DNA from: Acidobacteriota bacterium
Lineage (GTDB): Bacteria > Acidobacteriota > UBA890 > WLXD01
Length of the DNA stretch: 64,000 nucleotides
Assembly (NCBI GenBank): GCA_963666215.2
Contig: CAXWPL010000002.1
Coordinates: 672,001 to 736,000, forward strand
Reading direction: 5' to 3'
How positions within the stretch are numbered: the stretch's first letter is position 1; the number at the start of each line of letters is the position of its first letter. Shown piece by piece: positions 32,608-42,913 of the stretch. The notes beneath the pieces are model-generated. The model ran no database searches, was not told where the DNA came from, and was given only the letters and a program-made list of their open reading frames with translations. The translations under genes and the position numbers were made by a program.

Positions 32608-33741
32608 TCAACGCTCACTGCACCGTCGCATAGCGAACATCTCGGTCGCGGCGCGAATATCGACGCCGATCTGCTCGGTGAGCTCGGCGGCGCTGGCGAA
32701 CCGCCGTTCGCCGCGGAGGCGGGCGAGCAGCTCGAGCTCCACGCGCTCGCCGTAGAGGTCCAGCCCATCGGTTCGTCCGAACCATCCCGCTGGTCTTGAC
32801 TGCACCGAGCCGTAGCGGGCTTCCGACGGATCATACGCGCTATCAGTCGGCTCACGCTCAGCGGTGCAACCGTTGACGGCATCGCGCGGGTGCTGCGAGG
32901 AGCCACCACCGGAGCTGTCGACCGGCACGAGAACGTGAGCCTCGATGACCCTCTCGAGCGTGTCGCCGAACGTCGGGCGAACGCCGATGTTGGCTACCCC
33001 GTCCCATCGCTGGTCGCCGAGCACGACCGCCGCCATGTACACACCATCACGTGGAATGCAGCCGTTCTCGACCAGAAGATTGGCAGTCGGAATGCCGAGC
33101 TGGCGGCCACGACCGGCGCCGCGCACAACCGTCCCTTGAAGCGCGTACGGGCGCCCGATGAGCTTGGCAGCTTCGTCCACCTCTCCGGCCTCGAGCAAGC
33201 CGCGTATTCGCGTTGAGGAGACCGTCTGACCGTCTACGTCGAGTGAAGCGACAACCTCCACCGCGAAGCCGCACTCCTCGCCGCGGCGCTGCAGCAACTC
33301 AACGTCTCCCGTGCCGCGATGACCGAAGCGGAAGCCGCCGCTGACGTGCAGCGACGCGACGCGCAGCTCGGCGACCAGAAACTCGTCCACGAAGGCGGCG
33401 GCGCTCGTGCCGGCGACCTCCTCGTCGAAGGGAATCACCACCGTCAAAGCCACCTCTAGAGCCGCGATGGCAGCGAGCCTCTGCTCGAGCGTCTGCAGAG
33501 ACGGCGGCGTTCGGCTCGGGTCGACCACCGCGCGCGTGTGCGGATCGAAGGTGCAGGCGATCGACGGTCGATCCCGAGCACACGCCGCCTCGACCGCCCC
33601 ACGGATCACCCGCTGATGGCCTCGGTGGACGCCGTCGAAATTCCCAATCGTGACCGCAGAGCCATTCTTCAGATCAGCCAGATCAGTAAGCTTCAACCCA
33701 CGAAAGCCGCGGTGGCGTTGAGGTGGTTTCGAAGCGGTCAT
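32608..33741 (-). CDS. ribF: Bifunctional riboflavin kinase/FAD synthetase
   Basis: IGNFDGVHRGH, VSSTRIR, GIPTAN, NIGVRPTF and EAH; long insertion before DLYGE. Confidence 0.95.
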   Translation of the reverse strand: MTASKPPQRHRGFRGLKLTDLADLKNGSAVTIGNFDGVHRGHQRVIRGAVEAACARDRPSIACTFDPHTRAVVDPSRTPPSLQTLEQRLAAIAALEVALTVVIPFDEEVAGTSAAAFVDEFLVAELRVASLHVSGGFRFGHRGTGDVELLQRRGEECGFAVEVVASLDVDGQTVSSTRIRGLLEAGEVDEAAKLIGRPYALQGTVVRGAGRGRQLGIPTANLLVENGCIPRDGVYMAAVVLGDQRWDGVANIGVRPTFGDTLERVIEAHVLVPVDSSGGGSSQHPRDAVNGCTAEREPTDSAYDPSEARYGSVQSRPAGWFGRTDGLDLYGERVELELLARLRGERRFASAAELTEQIGVDIRAATEMFAMRRCSER

Positions 33742-34634
33742 GAAGTCGGCACCCGAGGCAGGTCGAGATCAAGCACAAGGCCGTCGTAAGCCACGTCGAC
33801 GCCCTTCGGCAGCTCCCGTTGCAGCGCCGCGTGATCGAAAACGTGGGTCAGATGCGTGAGATACGCGTATCGGGGCCGCAAGCGCTCGATCTCCCGAAGC
33901 GCCTCGTCGAGCGAGAAGTGTGAAGGGTGAGGCTCGCGTCGGAGCGCGTCGATGACCAGTACATCGAGGTCTGTCAGCCCGGCCGCGGCTGCCTCTGGAA
34001 TTTCACTGCAGTCGGTAACGTAGCCGAAGTCGCCCACCCGAAAGCCGAACACGTCGAAGCGCCCGTGGCGAACCGGCAGCGCATGCACCCTAGCGCCGAA
34101 AAGCTCAACGCTATCGCCGATCTCATGCAACGTAAGCTGCGGCACCGCCCGCGCATCGGGCTCGAAGGCGTACTCGAAGATGCGGCGAATCACCTTCAGC
34201 GACTCTGCCGAGCCGTAGAGAGGAATGCTCCGCTTGTGAACGAAGTTGTAAATGCGCAGCTCGTCCAGCCCGAGAACGTGATCGGCGTGGGTGTGCGTGT
34301 ACACCACCGCATCCACGTGATCGATTCGAGCGCGCAGCGCCTGCTGACGGAAATCGGTGGAGGTGTCCACGAGCACGCTTGCCGTGGTGCGTCCGTGGCG
34401 ACCCCGCCCACTCTGTCCGTCGACGTCGCCAGCGCCAGGATCCACGGTTGACTCGGCGCCCTCCTGCCGCCGTGCCGGGAGCGCCCACTCCAGAAGCAGG
34501 CTGGCGCGAAGGCGCTTGTTGCGCTCGTCGCTGGAGCCGCAAACGGTGCAGTTGCACGTGATCACAGGAATTCCCACCGACGTGCCCGTGCCGAGGAAGG
34601 TCACCCGTAGTCCCTTCGGTGTGGGGTCCGGCAC
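33738..34634 (-). CDS. MBL-fold metallo-hydrolase (PhnP-like)
   Basis: FLGTGTSVGIP.C.C..C and THTHADHVLG. Confidence 0.9.
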   Translation of the reverse strand: MPDPTPKGLRVTFLGTGTSVGIPVITCNCTVCGSSDERNKRLRASLLLEWALPARRQEGAESTVDPGAGDVDGQSGRGRHGRTTASVLVDTSTDFRQQALRARIDHVDAVVYTHTHADHVLGLDELRIYNFVHKRSIPLYGSAESLKVIRRIFEYAFEPDARAVPQLTLHEIGDSVELFGARVHALPVRHGRFDVFGFRVGDFGYVTDCSEIPEAAAAGLTDLDVLVIDALRREPHPSHFSLDEALREIERLRPRYAYLTHLTHVFDHAALQRELPKGVDVAYDGLVLDLDLPRVPTS

Positions 34635-34739
34635 GGCTCTCGTCCTCGGTTGCTCGCCTTGTCAGGAGAATCTCGAGCATGCTCAGCGTCCTGAGCAGTG
34701 TCGCCAACAGGCTGACCACCGCCTGCTAGGCTGCCCGTC

Positions 34740-35045
34740 ATGGTGCACCAGCTCAAGCTTCTCTTTTACACGCGACCCGGATGTCATCTCTGCGACGTCG
34801 CGCTCGAGGCATTGAGGCCGCTGCAGCGGCGCTACCCAGTGGACGTCGAGATTCGCAACGTCGAGGACCGCGTCGAGTGGGAGGAGCTCTATGGCGAGCA
34901 GATACCGGTTGGCCTGCTCGAAGACCTGCCCGACGGGCTCTCTGACGGCCGCCAGATCTTCAAAAAGATCTTCAAGTTTCGCGTCGATGCAGCCGCGCTC
35001 GAGACGGCAATCTCGGGTCGCCTGGCCGACGCCGCCGGACCGTAG
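34740..35045 (+). CDS. Glutaredoxin-like protein (DUF836-type)
   Basis: YTRPGCHLC...YGEQIPV. Confidence 0.8.
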   Translation: MVHQLKLLFYTRPGCHLCDVALEALRPLQRRYPVDVEIRNVEDRVEWEELYGEQIPVGLLEDLPDGLSDGRQIFKKIFKFRVDAAALETAISGRLADAAGP

Positions 35046-35170
35046 ATCCGGAGATCCGGCGACACAGCGTGCTACCATCGCGCATCGATGGAAGGGGCCA
35101 CGAGGCTGCGAAACGCGCGCCGCGCGTAGCGTTGAAGAACCGACCCCGGTAATCGATCGGAGACTTCGAC

Positions 35171-35620
35171 GTGGGTATTCAGCGGCACCAGGTGGTGATT
35201 GCGGCGCTCCTGATCGTCGGCGGCCTCGGCTATCTGTTCTTCACGGGGATGCAGGGGAACATGGTCTTCTACTACACGGTTGGCGAGGTTCTGGAGCAGC
35301 GCGACACGCTCGCTGGTCGGCCGCTACGTATCGCGGGCAAGGTGGTGCCCGGGACCATCGAGAAATCGCCGAGCAACTACCTCGACGTGAGATTCGTGAT
35401 TCACGAGGGCGACGAGCGCGTTCCCGTGGAGTTCCACGGCACGGTTCCCGACACGTTGGTCGACGATTCCGACGCTGTGGTGCAGGGGCGGCTCGGCGAC
35501 GACGGCATCTTCCGCGCCACCGAGGTGCAGGCCAAGTGCCCTTCCAAGTACGAGACCGAGACGGATTACGCGAAGTACCGCGAGGCAGGCGTTGCCATAC
35601 CGATCGACGATCTCCGGTAG
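35171..35620 (+). CDS. ccmE: Heme chaperone CcmE, CxxxY variant
   Basis: N-terminal TM helix; OB fold; AKCPSKY. Confidence 0.92.
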   Translation: MGIQRHQVVIAALLIVGGLGYLFFTGMQGNMVFYYTVGEVLEQRDTLAGRPLRIAGKVVPGTIEKSPSNYLDVRFVIHEGDERVPVEFHGTVPDTLVDDSDAVVQGRLGDDGIFRATEVQAKCPSKYETETDYAKYREAGVAIPIDDLR

Positions 35621-35668
35621 GAAGCGGCACGGCAGAGAATCCGGCGGCGGCCAGGGGGAGCACGGCGA

Positions 35669-37630
35669 GTGATCGTTATCGGCCATCTGGCACTGATCGC
35701 CGCGCTGGGCACAGCCGGGTATACCAGCGCCGCCGCCGTCATCGGCGTGCGTCGTCGTCAGCCCGGACTGGTACAGAGCGCTCGTAACGGCGTCTACGCA
35801 ACCTCGGCGCTGGTGACCATCGCCACGGGCGCGCTCCTCTATCTGCTAGCGACTGATCGTTTTGAAGTCCAGTACGTCGCCGACTTTTCGCGACTCGAGC
35901 AACCCTTCGTCTACAAGCTCAGCGCGCTCTGGGGAGGAATGGCGGGATCGTTGCTGCTGTGGACCTTCATCCTCTGCGCATACAGCACCGTCGCGGTTTG
36001 GGTGAATCGAGACAAGCACCGCGCTCTCATGCCGTACGTGTACGCGGTCTGCATGGTTACGGTCGGGTTCTTCGTCGCCATCCAGCTGTTCGCCGCCGCC
36101 CCGTTTCAGACCCTTCCGTTCACTCCACTCGATGGCAAGGGTTTGAACCCCTTGCTGCAAAACCCGGCCATGGCCATCCATCCGCCCACTCTGTACCTGG
36201 GCTATGTCGGCTTCACGATTCCGTTCGCCTTCGCGATCGCCGCTCTGGCGTCGGGGCGCCTCGACACGTCCTGGCTTCATGCGATTCGACGCTGGACGAT
36301 CGTCGCCTGGTTCTTCCTGTCGATCGGCATCACCTTGGGAGCACAGTGGGCCTATGTGGAGCTCGGATGGGGAGGTTACTGGGGCTGGGACCCTGTGGAG
36401 AACGCCTCGTTGATGCCGTGGCTGATCTCGACCGCCTATCTGCACTCCGTGATGATCGAGGAAAAGAAGCAGATGCTGCGCGTGTGGAACGTGCTGCTCA
36501 TCATCGCCACGTACGCGCTTTGCATCTTCGGAACTTTCCTCACCCGATCGGGCATCGTTTCCTCGGTGCACGCGTTCACGGTCTCGAACCTCGGGCCGAT
36601 GTTCGCTGCCTTCCTGGCGATGCTGCTGGCGGTGAGCATTAGCTTGGTGGTGTATCGCCTTCCGCAGCTACGCAGCGCCAACCACCTCGAGTCGGTGCTG
36701 TCGCGTGAGTCGTCATTCCTGTTCAACAACCTCGTCCTGGTCGTCGCCTGCTTCGCGATTCTCTGGGGAACGATGTTTCCGGTGCTCACCGAGGCCGTTC
36801 GCGGCGTCAAGATCGCCGTCGGGCCACCGTTCTTCAATCGGGTCAACGTGCCGATCTTCTTGATGTTGATCGCACTCACCGGCATCGGCCCGCTGATCGC
36901 TTGGCGCCGGGCTTCGTTGCCGAGCCTCAGGCGCGCCTTTGTGTGGCCCACGGCAACCGGGGTCGTGGCCGGCGTCGCCACGGCGCTGATGACAACGAGC
37001 GGCCCGTCCACAATCGTGGCGATCGCGCTGTCGGCCTTCGTCGTTGGCACGGTGTTGCAGGAGTTCTGGCGCGGCGGCAGGGTGCGCGCCGTTGCTTCCG
37101 GCGAAGGGCTCGGCGCCGCAATCCTGCACATGACCCTGCGCAACAAGCGTCGCTACGGCGGCTACGTCATCCACATCGGAGTGGTGATCATGGCCGTCGG
37201 AATTACCGGGTCCAGCGCCTTCCAGAGCGAGACGGAAGCCACCCTGCAACCTGGGCAGGCCTTCGACATCGGTGGTTACCGGCTGCAGTACACGGACCTC
37301 GAGTTCTTCCCCGTGGCCGGCGTTCAGGTGGCATCGGCTTCGTTGGTGGCGTTCGACGGAGACCGAGCGACCTTCCGCGCCGTGCCTCAGAAGCACTTCC
37401 ATCCCGCGCAAGAGAATCCCACGACCGAGGTCGCCATCTGGAGCACGCTGAAGCACGATGTCTACGTGGTCCTGGTGGGCTGGAACGACAACAAGACGGC
37501 AACCTTCAAGGCCTACATCAACCCGCTGGTGAAATGGATCTGGATTGGCGGCGGCGTGTTGGCCCTTGGCACCATGATCTGCGTGTTTCCCGACCGTCGC
37601 CATAGCGAATCCGGCGTCCCGAACTACTGA
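35669..37630 (+). CDS. ccmF: Heme lyase CcmF
   Basis: GLNPLLQN, IHPPTLYLGY and WGGYWGWDPVENAS. Confidence 0.96.
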   Translation: MIVIGHLALIAALGTAGYTSAAAVIGVRRRQPGLVQSARNGVYATSALVTIATGALLYLLATDRFEVQYVADFSRLEQPFVYKLSALWGGMAGSLLLWTFILCAYSTVAVWVNRDKHRALMPYVYAVCMVTVGFFVAIQLFAAAPFQTLPFTPLDGKGLNPLLQNPAMAIHPPTLYLGYVGFTIPFAFAIAALASGRLDTSWLHAIRRWTIVAWFFLSIGITLGAQWAYVELGWGGYWGWDPVENASLMPWLISTAYLHSVMIEEKKQMLRVWNVLLIIATYALCIFGTFLTRSGIVSSVHAFTVSNLGPMFAAFLAMLLAVSISLVVYRLPQLRSANHLESVLSRESSFLFNNLVLVVACFAILWGTMFPVLTEAVRGVKIAVGPPFFNRVNVPIFLMLIALTGIGPLIAWRRASLPSLRRAFVWPTATGVVAGVATALMTTSGPSTIVAIALSAFVVGTVLQEFWRGGRVRAVASGEGLGAAILHMTLRNKRRYGGYVIHIGVVIMAVGITGSSAFQSETEATLQPGQAFDIGGYRLQYTDLEFFPVAGVQVASASLVAFDGDRATFRAVPQKHFHPAQENPTTEVAIWSTLKHDVYVVLVGWNDNKTATFKAYINPLVKWIWIGGGVLALGTMICVFPDRRHSESGVPNY

Positions 37631-37721
37631 GCCCGACGTTTCCACCGCGGCGCTCTTGCCACCCCGGCCGACCGCCCAAACCGTCCATTGACAGCCGACC
37701 GAGCCGAAGCCTGTAGCCGCC

Positions 37722-38246
37722 ATGGAGATCGTTGTCGGAGCCCTGCTGATCTCCACTGTTGTCGCGGCAATCCTGTATCCGCTCTGGCGGCCGGCTCTGG
37801 AGCCAGTGGACGGCCCCGTCGGCCCGGCCGCCGAGCTCGCAGAGCTCGAGAGCCGCAAGGCCGCGATCTACGGCTCGATTCGCGACTTGGGATTCGATTT
37901 CCGCACCGACAAGATCAGCGCCGACGATCACCGCCAGGAAAGTGCGACGCTCAAGCGCGAGGCGGTGACGGTTCTGGCGGCAATCGAACAGCTCCGCAGC
38001 CACCCACCGCGTGGGCCGGCCGAGCTCGAGCGCATCATCGCCGGCCTCGCCGCGAGCACCCAGGAGGATGCCCCATCGACCGAATCCCATGAGCTCGCCG
38101 AGGCAGGCGCGAGCGCCCACCCCGAGACCCCCGGCGCCCAACTCGATGGCGGGCCGACGCGGACCCTCTGCACCCGATGCGGCCACCGCGCACAGCCTGC
38201 CGATCGGTTCTGCGCCGGCTGTGGCACCGCGCTCTCGGGATCGTGA
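37722..38246 (+). CDS. CcmI-N-like membrane protein with C-terminal zinc ribbon
   Basis: TM helix; IRDLGFDFRTDKISADD; CTRC...FCAGCG. Confidence 0.7.
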   Translation: MEIVVGALLISTVVAAILYPLWRPALEPVDGPVGPAAELAELESRKAAIYGSIRDLGFDFRTDKISADDHRQESATLKREAVTVLAAIEQLRSHPPRGPAELERIIAGLAASTQEDAPSTESHELAEAGASAHPETPGAQLDGGPTRTLCTRCGHRAQPADRFCAGCGTALSGS

Positions 38247-38253
38247 AAGCGTC

Positions 38254-39549
38254 GTGAAGACTGCCGCCCCTACGCACGATCGCCGGGCCGAGCCAGGGTT
38301 CACCGGGGCCGGCGGAGCTAGCCGGAGAGGCGAAGATTGCCGTGCCTGGCCACACTCCCGTCGCGCGACGGGCCTGCTGTTGACGGCTCTCGCCGTTGTG
38401 GCCTCAGGCGCGAGCGCGGCGCAGGTTGCGTCCGAACCCGCAGCGGGCCCCGTCACAACAGTCCGAGCGGTCGTGATTGGCCCCGACGGCAACCCGGCCA
38501 GCGGTATCCCGGCGGCCCTCGAGATCCACGCCGGGCGCCAGTTCGTGCACCAGAGGGAAGCGGTGACCAACACCGAGGGATCTGTCGAGTGGAGCGACGT
38601 GCCGGCGACCGCCGGCAACCGCGCTCGCGTCGGAGCCGACCTCGGCGACATCCGCTACCACAGCGAGTCGGTGGCGTTGATGGACGACGTGCCGGCGAGC
38701 CTTACTGTCCGCTTGCTGCGACCCGTCTCCGAGGGCCGACCGTTGCACATCGATAGCCTGCTGATCGTGGTTCACGTCGAAGAGCCCGGCCTCTACCGGG
38801 TGCTGCAATACGCCAACATCAGCAACGCCGGAGCGGCCGCATTCGCCGGAGGACCCGTGCTCCAGAACGGTGAACGCGCCGGCCTCGAGCTCCCGGTGCC
38901 GATGGCGGCAACCGGCGTAGAGCCGGCGCCGTTCCCGAATCCTCGCGAGGCGCTCAGAGCTGATACTGCGGTCATCCTTTCCGGCCGGGTTCTCGATCCG
39001 CGACCCGTGCCGCCAAGTGGTCGCCAGGTGGCGATCTCGTACAATCTGGTGACCAACGGCGACGGCGTGCTGGTGGAGCTCGAGCTCCCCTACCCGGCGG
39101 CCAACGTCAACCTGCTGGTTGGAGGTAGCGGCTCCGGCTTGGTCGAGGTCAGCGACCTGAACCTCGAGCCGCAGCCGCCGCAGGCAATCGGCGAGGCGGG
39201 CGATCAAGACCTCTACGCCACCTGGGGTCGCCCTTCGTGGCAGCCGGGCGAGACGATTCGCTTTCGCGTGGGCCCGCGGCACTCGCGCCTGGCAGCGTCG
39301 TCCTGGGGACTGCTCGGACTCGGACTCGGGCTGATCTTCGCCGCGGTCGGATCGTGGACCGACCGCGGCTTCCAGCGAGTGCCGCAGGAACGACGCCAGG
39401 AGGTTCTTGCAGCCGTCGCCGCGCTCGATGTATCGCACAGCCGCGGCGACATCGGCGACGCCGACTACTTCCATCGCCGCGGCATCGAGCTCGGCAGGCT
39501 GCTGCTACTCGAACAAGATGACCCGCGCGCGCCGCAGGCATCGGAATAG
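38254..39549 (+). CDS. Cytochrome c biogenesis-associated exported protein with C-terminal TM and CcmI-like tail
   Basis: Located in the ccm operon; signal-like segment; tail LAAVAALD...GDIGDADY. Confidence 0.6.
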   Translation: MKTAAPTHDRRAEPGFTGAGGASRRGEDCRAWPHSRRATGLLLTALAVVASGASAAQVASEPAAGPVTTVRAVVIGPDGNPASGIPAALEIHAGRQFVHQREAVTNTEGSVEWSDVPATAGNRARVGADLGDIRYHSESVALMDDVPASLTVRLLRPVSEGRPLHIDSLLIVVHVEEPGLYRVLQYANISNAGAAAFAGGPVLQNGERAGLELPVPMAATGVEPAPFPNPREALRADTAVILSGRVLDPRPVPPSGRQVAISYNLVTNGDGVLVELELPYPAANVNLLVGGSGSGLVEVSDLNLEPQPPQAIGEAGDQDLYATWGRPSWQPGETIRFRVGPRHSRLAASSWGLLGLGLGLIFAAVGSWTDRGFQRVPQERRQEVLAAVAALDVSHSRGDIGDADYFHRRGIELGRLLLLEQDDPRAPQASE

Positions 39550-39553
39550 AGCG

Positions 39554-40276
39554 GTGCAGGAAGGGGCAGCCCAACCGCGAGCCGCCGTCGACGTTCGAGG
39601 CCTCGTCAAGCGCTTTGGCTTGACCGTGGCGCTCGACGGTATCGATCTGCGGATCGACGCCGGGGAGTCGATGGCGCTTTTTGGTCCCAACGGCGCCGGC
39701 AAGACGACGCTCGTGCGCTGCCTCGCTTCGTTGTCGCGTCCGTCGGCGGGTGAGATCCAGGTGTTCGGCCTTCCCCTCGACGACGGCCACGGCGAGGTGC
39801 GGCGCCGGACGGGTTTGGTGAGTCACGAGACGTTCCTGTACGGCTCGCTGAGTGTTACCGAGAACCTCCTCTTCCAGGCACGGCTGTTCGCGCTGTCGGA
39901 CCCCGCGGCTCGTGTAGCAGATGTTGTCGCACGCGTCGGGCTCGAGTCGCGCCGTGACGATCCGGTCCGTACGCTGTCACGGGGTCTACGGCAGCGCTGT
40001 GCCCTGGCGCGCGCGCTGCTCCACGAGCCCGACCTGCTGCTGCTCGACGAGCCGTTCGCCGGACTCGACCCGTCGGCCGCCGATCGGCTGGCCGACGAGC
40101 TGGAGCGCCTTCGCGACGACGGACGCACGCTCCTGCTGACTAGCCACGACCTGAGTCGCGGCGCCCGCCTGAGCGACCGCTTCGCGATTCTGCACAACGG
40201 CCTTCTGGTGGCCGACGGCGCGGTTGAATCGTCCGATCGAGTCTCCGAAATCTATCGCCAACGGACCCGCGCGTAG
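39554..40276 (+). CDS. ccmA: Heme exporter ATP-binding protein (start uncertain)
   Basis: GPNGAGKT, LSRGLRQR and LLLDEP; directly upstream of ccmB. Confidence 0.88.
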   Translation: MQEGAAQPRAAVDVRGLVKRFGLTVALDGIDLRIDAGESMALFGPNGAGKTTLVRCLASLSRPSAGEIQVFGLPLDDGHGEVRRRTGLVSHETFLYGSLSVTENLLFQARLFALSDPAARVADVVARVGLESRRDDPVRTLSRGLRQRCALARALLHEPDLLLLDEPFAGLDPSAADRLADELERLRDDGRTLLLTSHDLSRGARLSDRFAILHNGLLVADGAVESSDRVSEIYRQRTRA

Positions 40277-40284
40277 ACCTGCAC

Positions 40285-40977
40285 ATGGCGGAGCACTCAT
40301 TGCGACAAGCGGCGTGGATCGTGCGCAAGGACCTGCAGCATGAGCTGCGTAGCCGCGAGGCGTTTCTGTCGACGCTGCTCTTCGCGGTCGTCGTCCTGCT
40401 GATCTTCGCGTTCGCATTCGATCCGGGCCCTGCCGATATCGAGCGCGTGGGCCCGGGCATCCTGTGGAGCGCCTTGTTGTTCGCCGCCGTACTCGCGATC
40501 GGCCGCTCGATGCTCACGGAGCGCGAGGACGGAGCCATCGACGGCCTGCTGCTCGCGCCGATGCAGCGCAGCTCCATCTATGTCGGCAAGGCTTGTGCAT
40601 TGCTCCTGCTGCTGCTGAGCACTCAGCTACCGACTCTGCTCCTGTTCGTTGTCTTTTTTGACGTGCCGGTGCTGCCTGCGACCACCCGACTCGTGCCGCT
40701 GCTCTCGGTCCTGCTGCTGGCCTCCACCGGGCTGGCGGCGATCGGCACCACCGTGTCGGCGATTGCCGTGCGGTCCCGCTCGCGCGAGCTGATGCTGCCG
40801 GTGCTGCTGTTCCCACTCGTGTCGCCGTTGCTGCTGGCGGCAGTCGAGTCGACGTCGGCGGCGCTGGCCGGCGATGGGCTCTCGGCGGTGTCGGGTTGGA
40901 TAAGATTGATGCTCGCGTTCGACGCGATCTACCTGGGCATCGGGTACCTGACGTTTCCGGCGCTGCTTGAAGACTAG
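40285..40977 (+). CDS. ccmB: Heme exporter permease
   Basis: KDLQHELRSRE, PGILW, EREDGAIDGLLL and LPVLLFPL. Confidence 0.92.
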   Translation: MAEHSLRQAAWIVRKDLQHELRSREAFLSTLLFAVVVLLIFAFAFDPGPADIERVGPGILWSALLFAAVLAIGRSMLTEREDGAIDGLLLAPMQRSSIYVGKACALLLLLLSTQLPTLLLFVVFFDVPVLPATTRLVPLLSVLLLASTGLAAIGTTVSAIAVRSRSRELMLPVLLFPLVSPLLLAAVESTSAALAGDGLSAVSGWIRLMLAFDAIYLGIGYLTFPALLED

Positions 40978-40978
40978 G

Positions 40979-42021
40979 TGTGTTTTCTAAGTAGGTTGTT
41001 CACATCGGGGCTCACTTCTGAGATCAATGGGGTTGTTCAAAAGACTCCACGACCTCAGAAGGAGCGCCCGATGCAGCTGCATGGTAACGCCCGCACGACG
41101 CCGTATATACGCCGAGAGATGGTCCGCCGAGTCCGGGAGCGGGCGGAGCCCGTGACGGAAACGGCGGCGGCGCTCGGCGTGTCGGCTCGAACGGTTTACA
41201 AGTGGCTGGATAGATACGAGCGAGAAGGTGAGGCCGGGCTGCTCGATCGATCAAGCCGGCCGACGTGCTGTCCGCACGCAACAAGCGCTGGAGTTGTGAG
41301 GCAGATCGACAAGCTACGTCGGCGGCGACTGACGGCCTGGCAGATCAGCCGAAGGTTGGCTGTGCCGCGCTCGACCGTCTCGGCGTGGCTGAAGCGGCTC
41401 GGACTCGCCAAGCTTGATGCGCTCGAGCCCAAGCCCGAGATCGTTCGCTACGAGTACGAGCACCCCGGTGACCTACTGCACCTGGATACGAAGAAACTGG
41501 CCCGTATCCGGCGACCTGGACACCGCATCCACGGCGACCGCTCCAAGCGGGCCTACGGCGTCGGCTGGGAGAACGCCCACGTCGCTATCGACGATCACTC
41601 TCGGGTGGCGTACGTCGAAGTGCTGCCCGCCGAAGACCAACACACCTGCACAGCGTTCCTGCAGCGAGCCGTCGAGCACTTCGCTTCGATGGGAGTAGCG
41701 GTGCGCCGAGTGATGACAGACAACGGGCCTGGCTACGTCTCGAAGCGCTTCAATCGCCTATGCCATCAACTCGAGATCCGGCACATTTACACCCGGCCCT
41801 ACACCCCCAGAACCAACGGCAAAGCCGAACGCTTCATCCGCACACTCAAGGAGCAGTGGGCCTACGGCACCTGCTACCAGACCTCAGCTCGACGTACTCG
41901 AGCTCTACGGCCCTGGCTCAACCACTACAATCGTCACCGTCCCCACGCCGGCATCGGCATGACACCGCCGATCGCTCGGCTCTCAGGGGTGAGTTCGTGA
42001 ACAACCTACCTAGAACTCACA
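40979..42021 (+). mobile_element. IS481-family insertion sequence
   Basis: Inverted repeats match at 22/25 positions (TGTGTTTTCTAAGTAGGTTGTTCAC / GTGAACAACCTACCTAGAACTCACA); CTAGG on both flanks (40974-40978 and 42023-42027). Confidence 0.93.
41071..42000 (+). CDS. IS481 transposase
   Basis: HGNARTT, LLHLDTKKL, IDDHSR, MTDNG and TNGKAERF; AAGGAG RBS. Confidence 0.95.
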   Translation: MQLHGNARTTPYIRREMVRRVRERAEPVTETAAALGVSARTVYKWLDRYEREGEAGLLDRSSRPTCCPHATSAGVVRQIDKLRRRRLTAWQISRRLAVPRSTVSAWLKRLGLAKLDALEPKPEIVRYEYEHPGDLLHLDTKKLARIRRPGHRIHGDRSKRAYGVGWENAHVAIDDHSRVAYVEVLPAEDQHTCTAFLQRAVEHFASMGVAVRRVMTDNGPGYVSKRFNRLCHQLEIRHIYTRPYTPRTNGKAERFIRTLKEQWAYGTCYQTSARRTRALRPWLNHYNRHRPHAGIGMTPPIARLSGVSS

Positions 42022-42115
42022 TCTAGGTGGGCAAGACGAGAGCCTGGGCGCCGCCGCTCAGGCTTCTGCTTGATGGGCGAACGTGTTGGATCGGTCCAGA
42101 AAACAGGGAGATCGT

Positions 42116-42913
42116 GTGTCCTCATCGTTAGCGATCACATCACCCACCCCGCGCCAGTCGGCTGAGCCGAGCACCTGGTTCGTGCCGCTCGCGGCGCTGG
42201 CCACGATCGCCGGCCTGTACGCCGCCCTCATCTACTCCCCTGCCGATCGAGTAGAGCGCGACGTCATGCGACTTCTGTACGTTCACGTGCCAGCCGCGTT
42301 CTCCATGCACATCGCCTACGGCCTCTGTTTCATGGCGAGTGTGATGTACCTGTGGCGGCGCAACGAGAGGTGGAATCAGGTGGCTCTGGTAGGCGCCGAG
42401 GTGGCGACGATGTTCTGCACCGTCGTGCTGCTCACCGGCCCGGTGTGGGCAAAGGTCTCGTGGGGCACGTGGTGGGTTTGGGACGCGCGCCTCACGAGCA
42501 CACTGCTGCTGTGGCTCATCTTCGTCGGCTACCTGATGCTACGTAGCTACGGCGGCCAGGGCGGCCAGCTCCGGGGAGGCGTCGACGGTGAGCGCGTCGC
42601 TCGTCACGCCGCGGTGCTCGCCATCGTGGGCTTCGCCGACGTGCCGATCGTGCACTATTCCGCCCGCTGGTTCCGGACCCTGCATCCGCAGGCAAAGATC
42701 CTGACGGAAGGAAGCCCTGGTCAGGGGCTCAACATGTCGATGCTCGGCGCGTTCTCGGTGTGCATGATGGCGTCGCTGCTGCTCTTCGGCGCGCTGGTGA
42801 CCACTCGTCTTCGGCTCGAGCGGGCCCAGCTGCGCCTCGACGCCCTGGAGATCGCGCAGGCGCGACGGCCGCCGCCGATGACGCGGCCGCTGCCGCGGGA
42901 CAGCGCTCTATGA
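42116..42913 (+). CDS. ccmC: Heme exporter CcmC (alternative start 42083)
   Basis: YVHVP, WGTWWVWDARLT and TLHP. Confidence 0.93.
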   Translation: MSSSLAITSPTPRQSAEPSTWFVPLAALATIAGLYAALIYSPADRVERDVMRLLYVHVPAAFSMHIAYGLCFMASVMYLWRRNERWNQVALVGAEVATMFCTVVLLTGPVWAKVSWGTWWVWDARLTSTLLLWLIFVGYLMLRSYGGQGGQLRGGVDGERVARHAAVLAIVGFADVPIVHYSARWFRTLHPQAKILTEGSPGQGLNMSMLGAFSVCMMASLLLFGALVTTRLRLERAQLRLDALEIAQARRPPPMTRPLPRDSAL

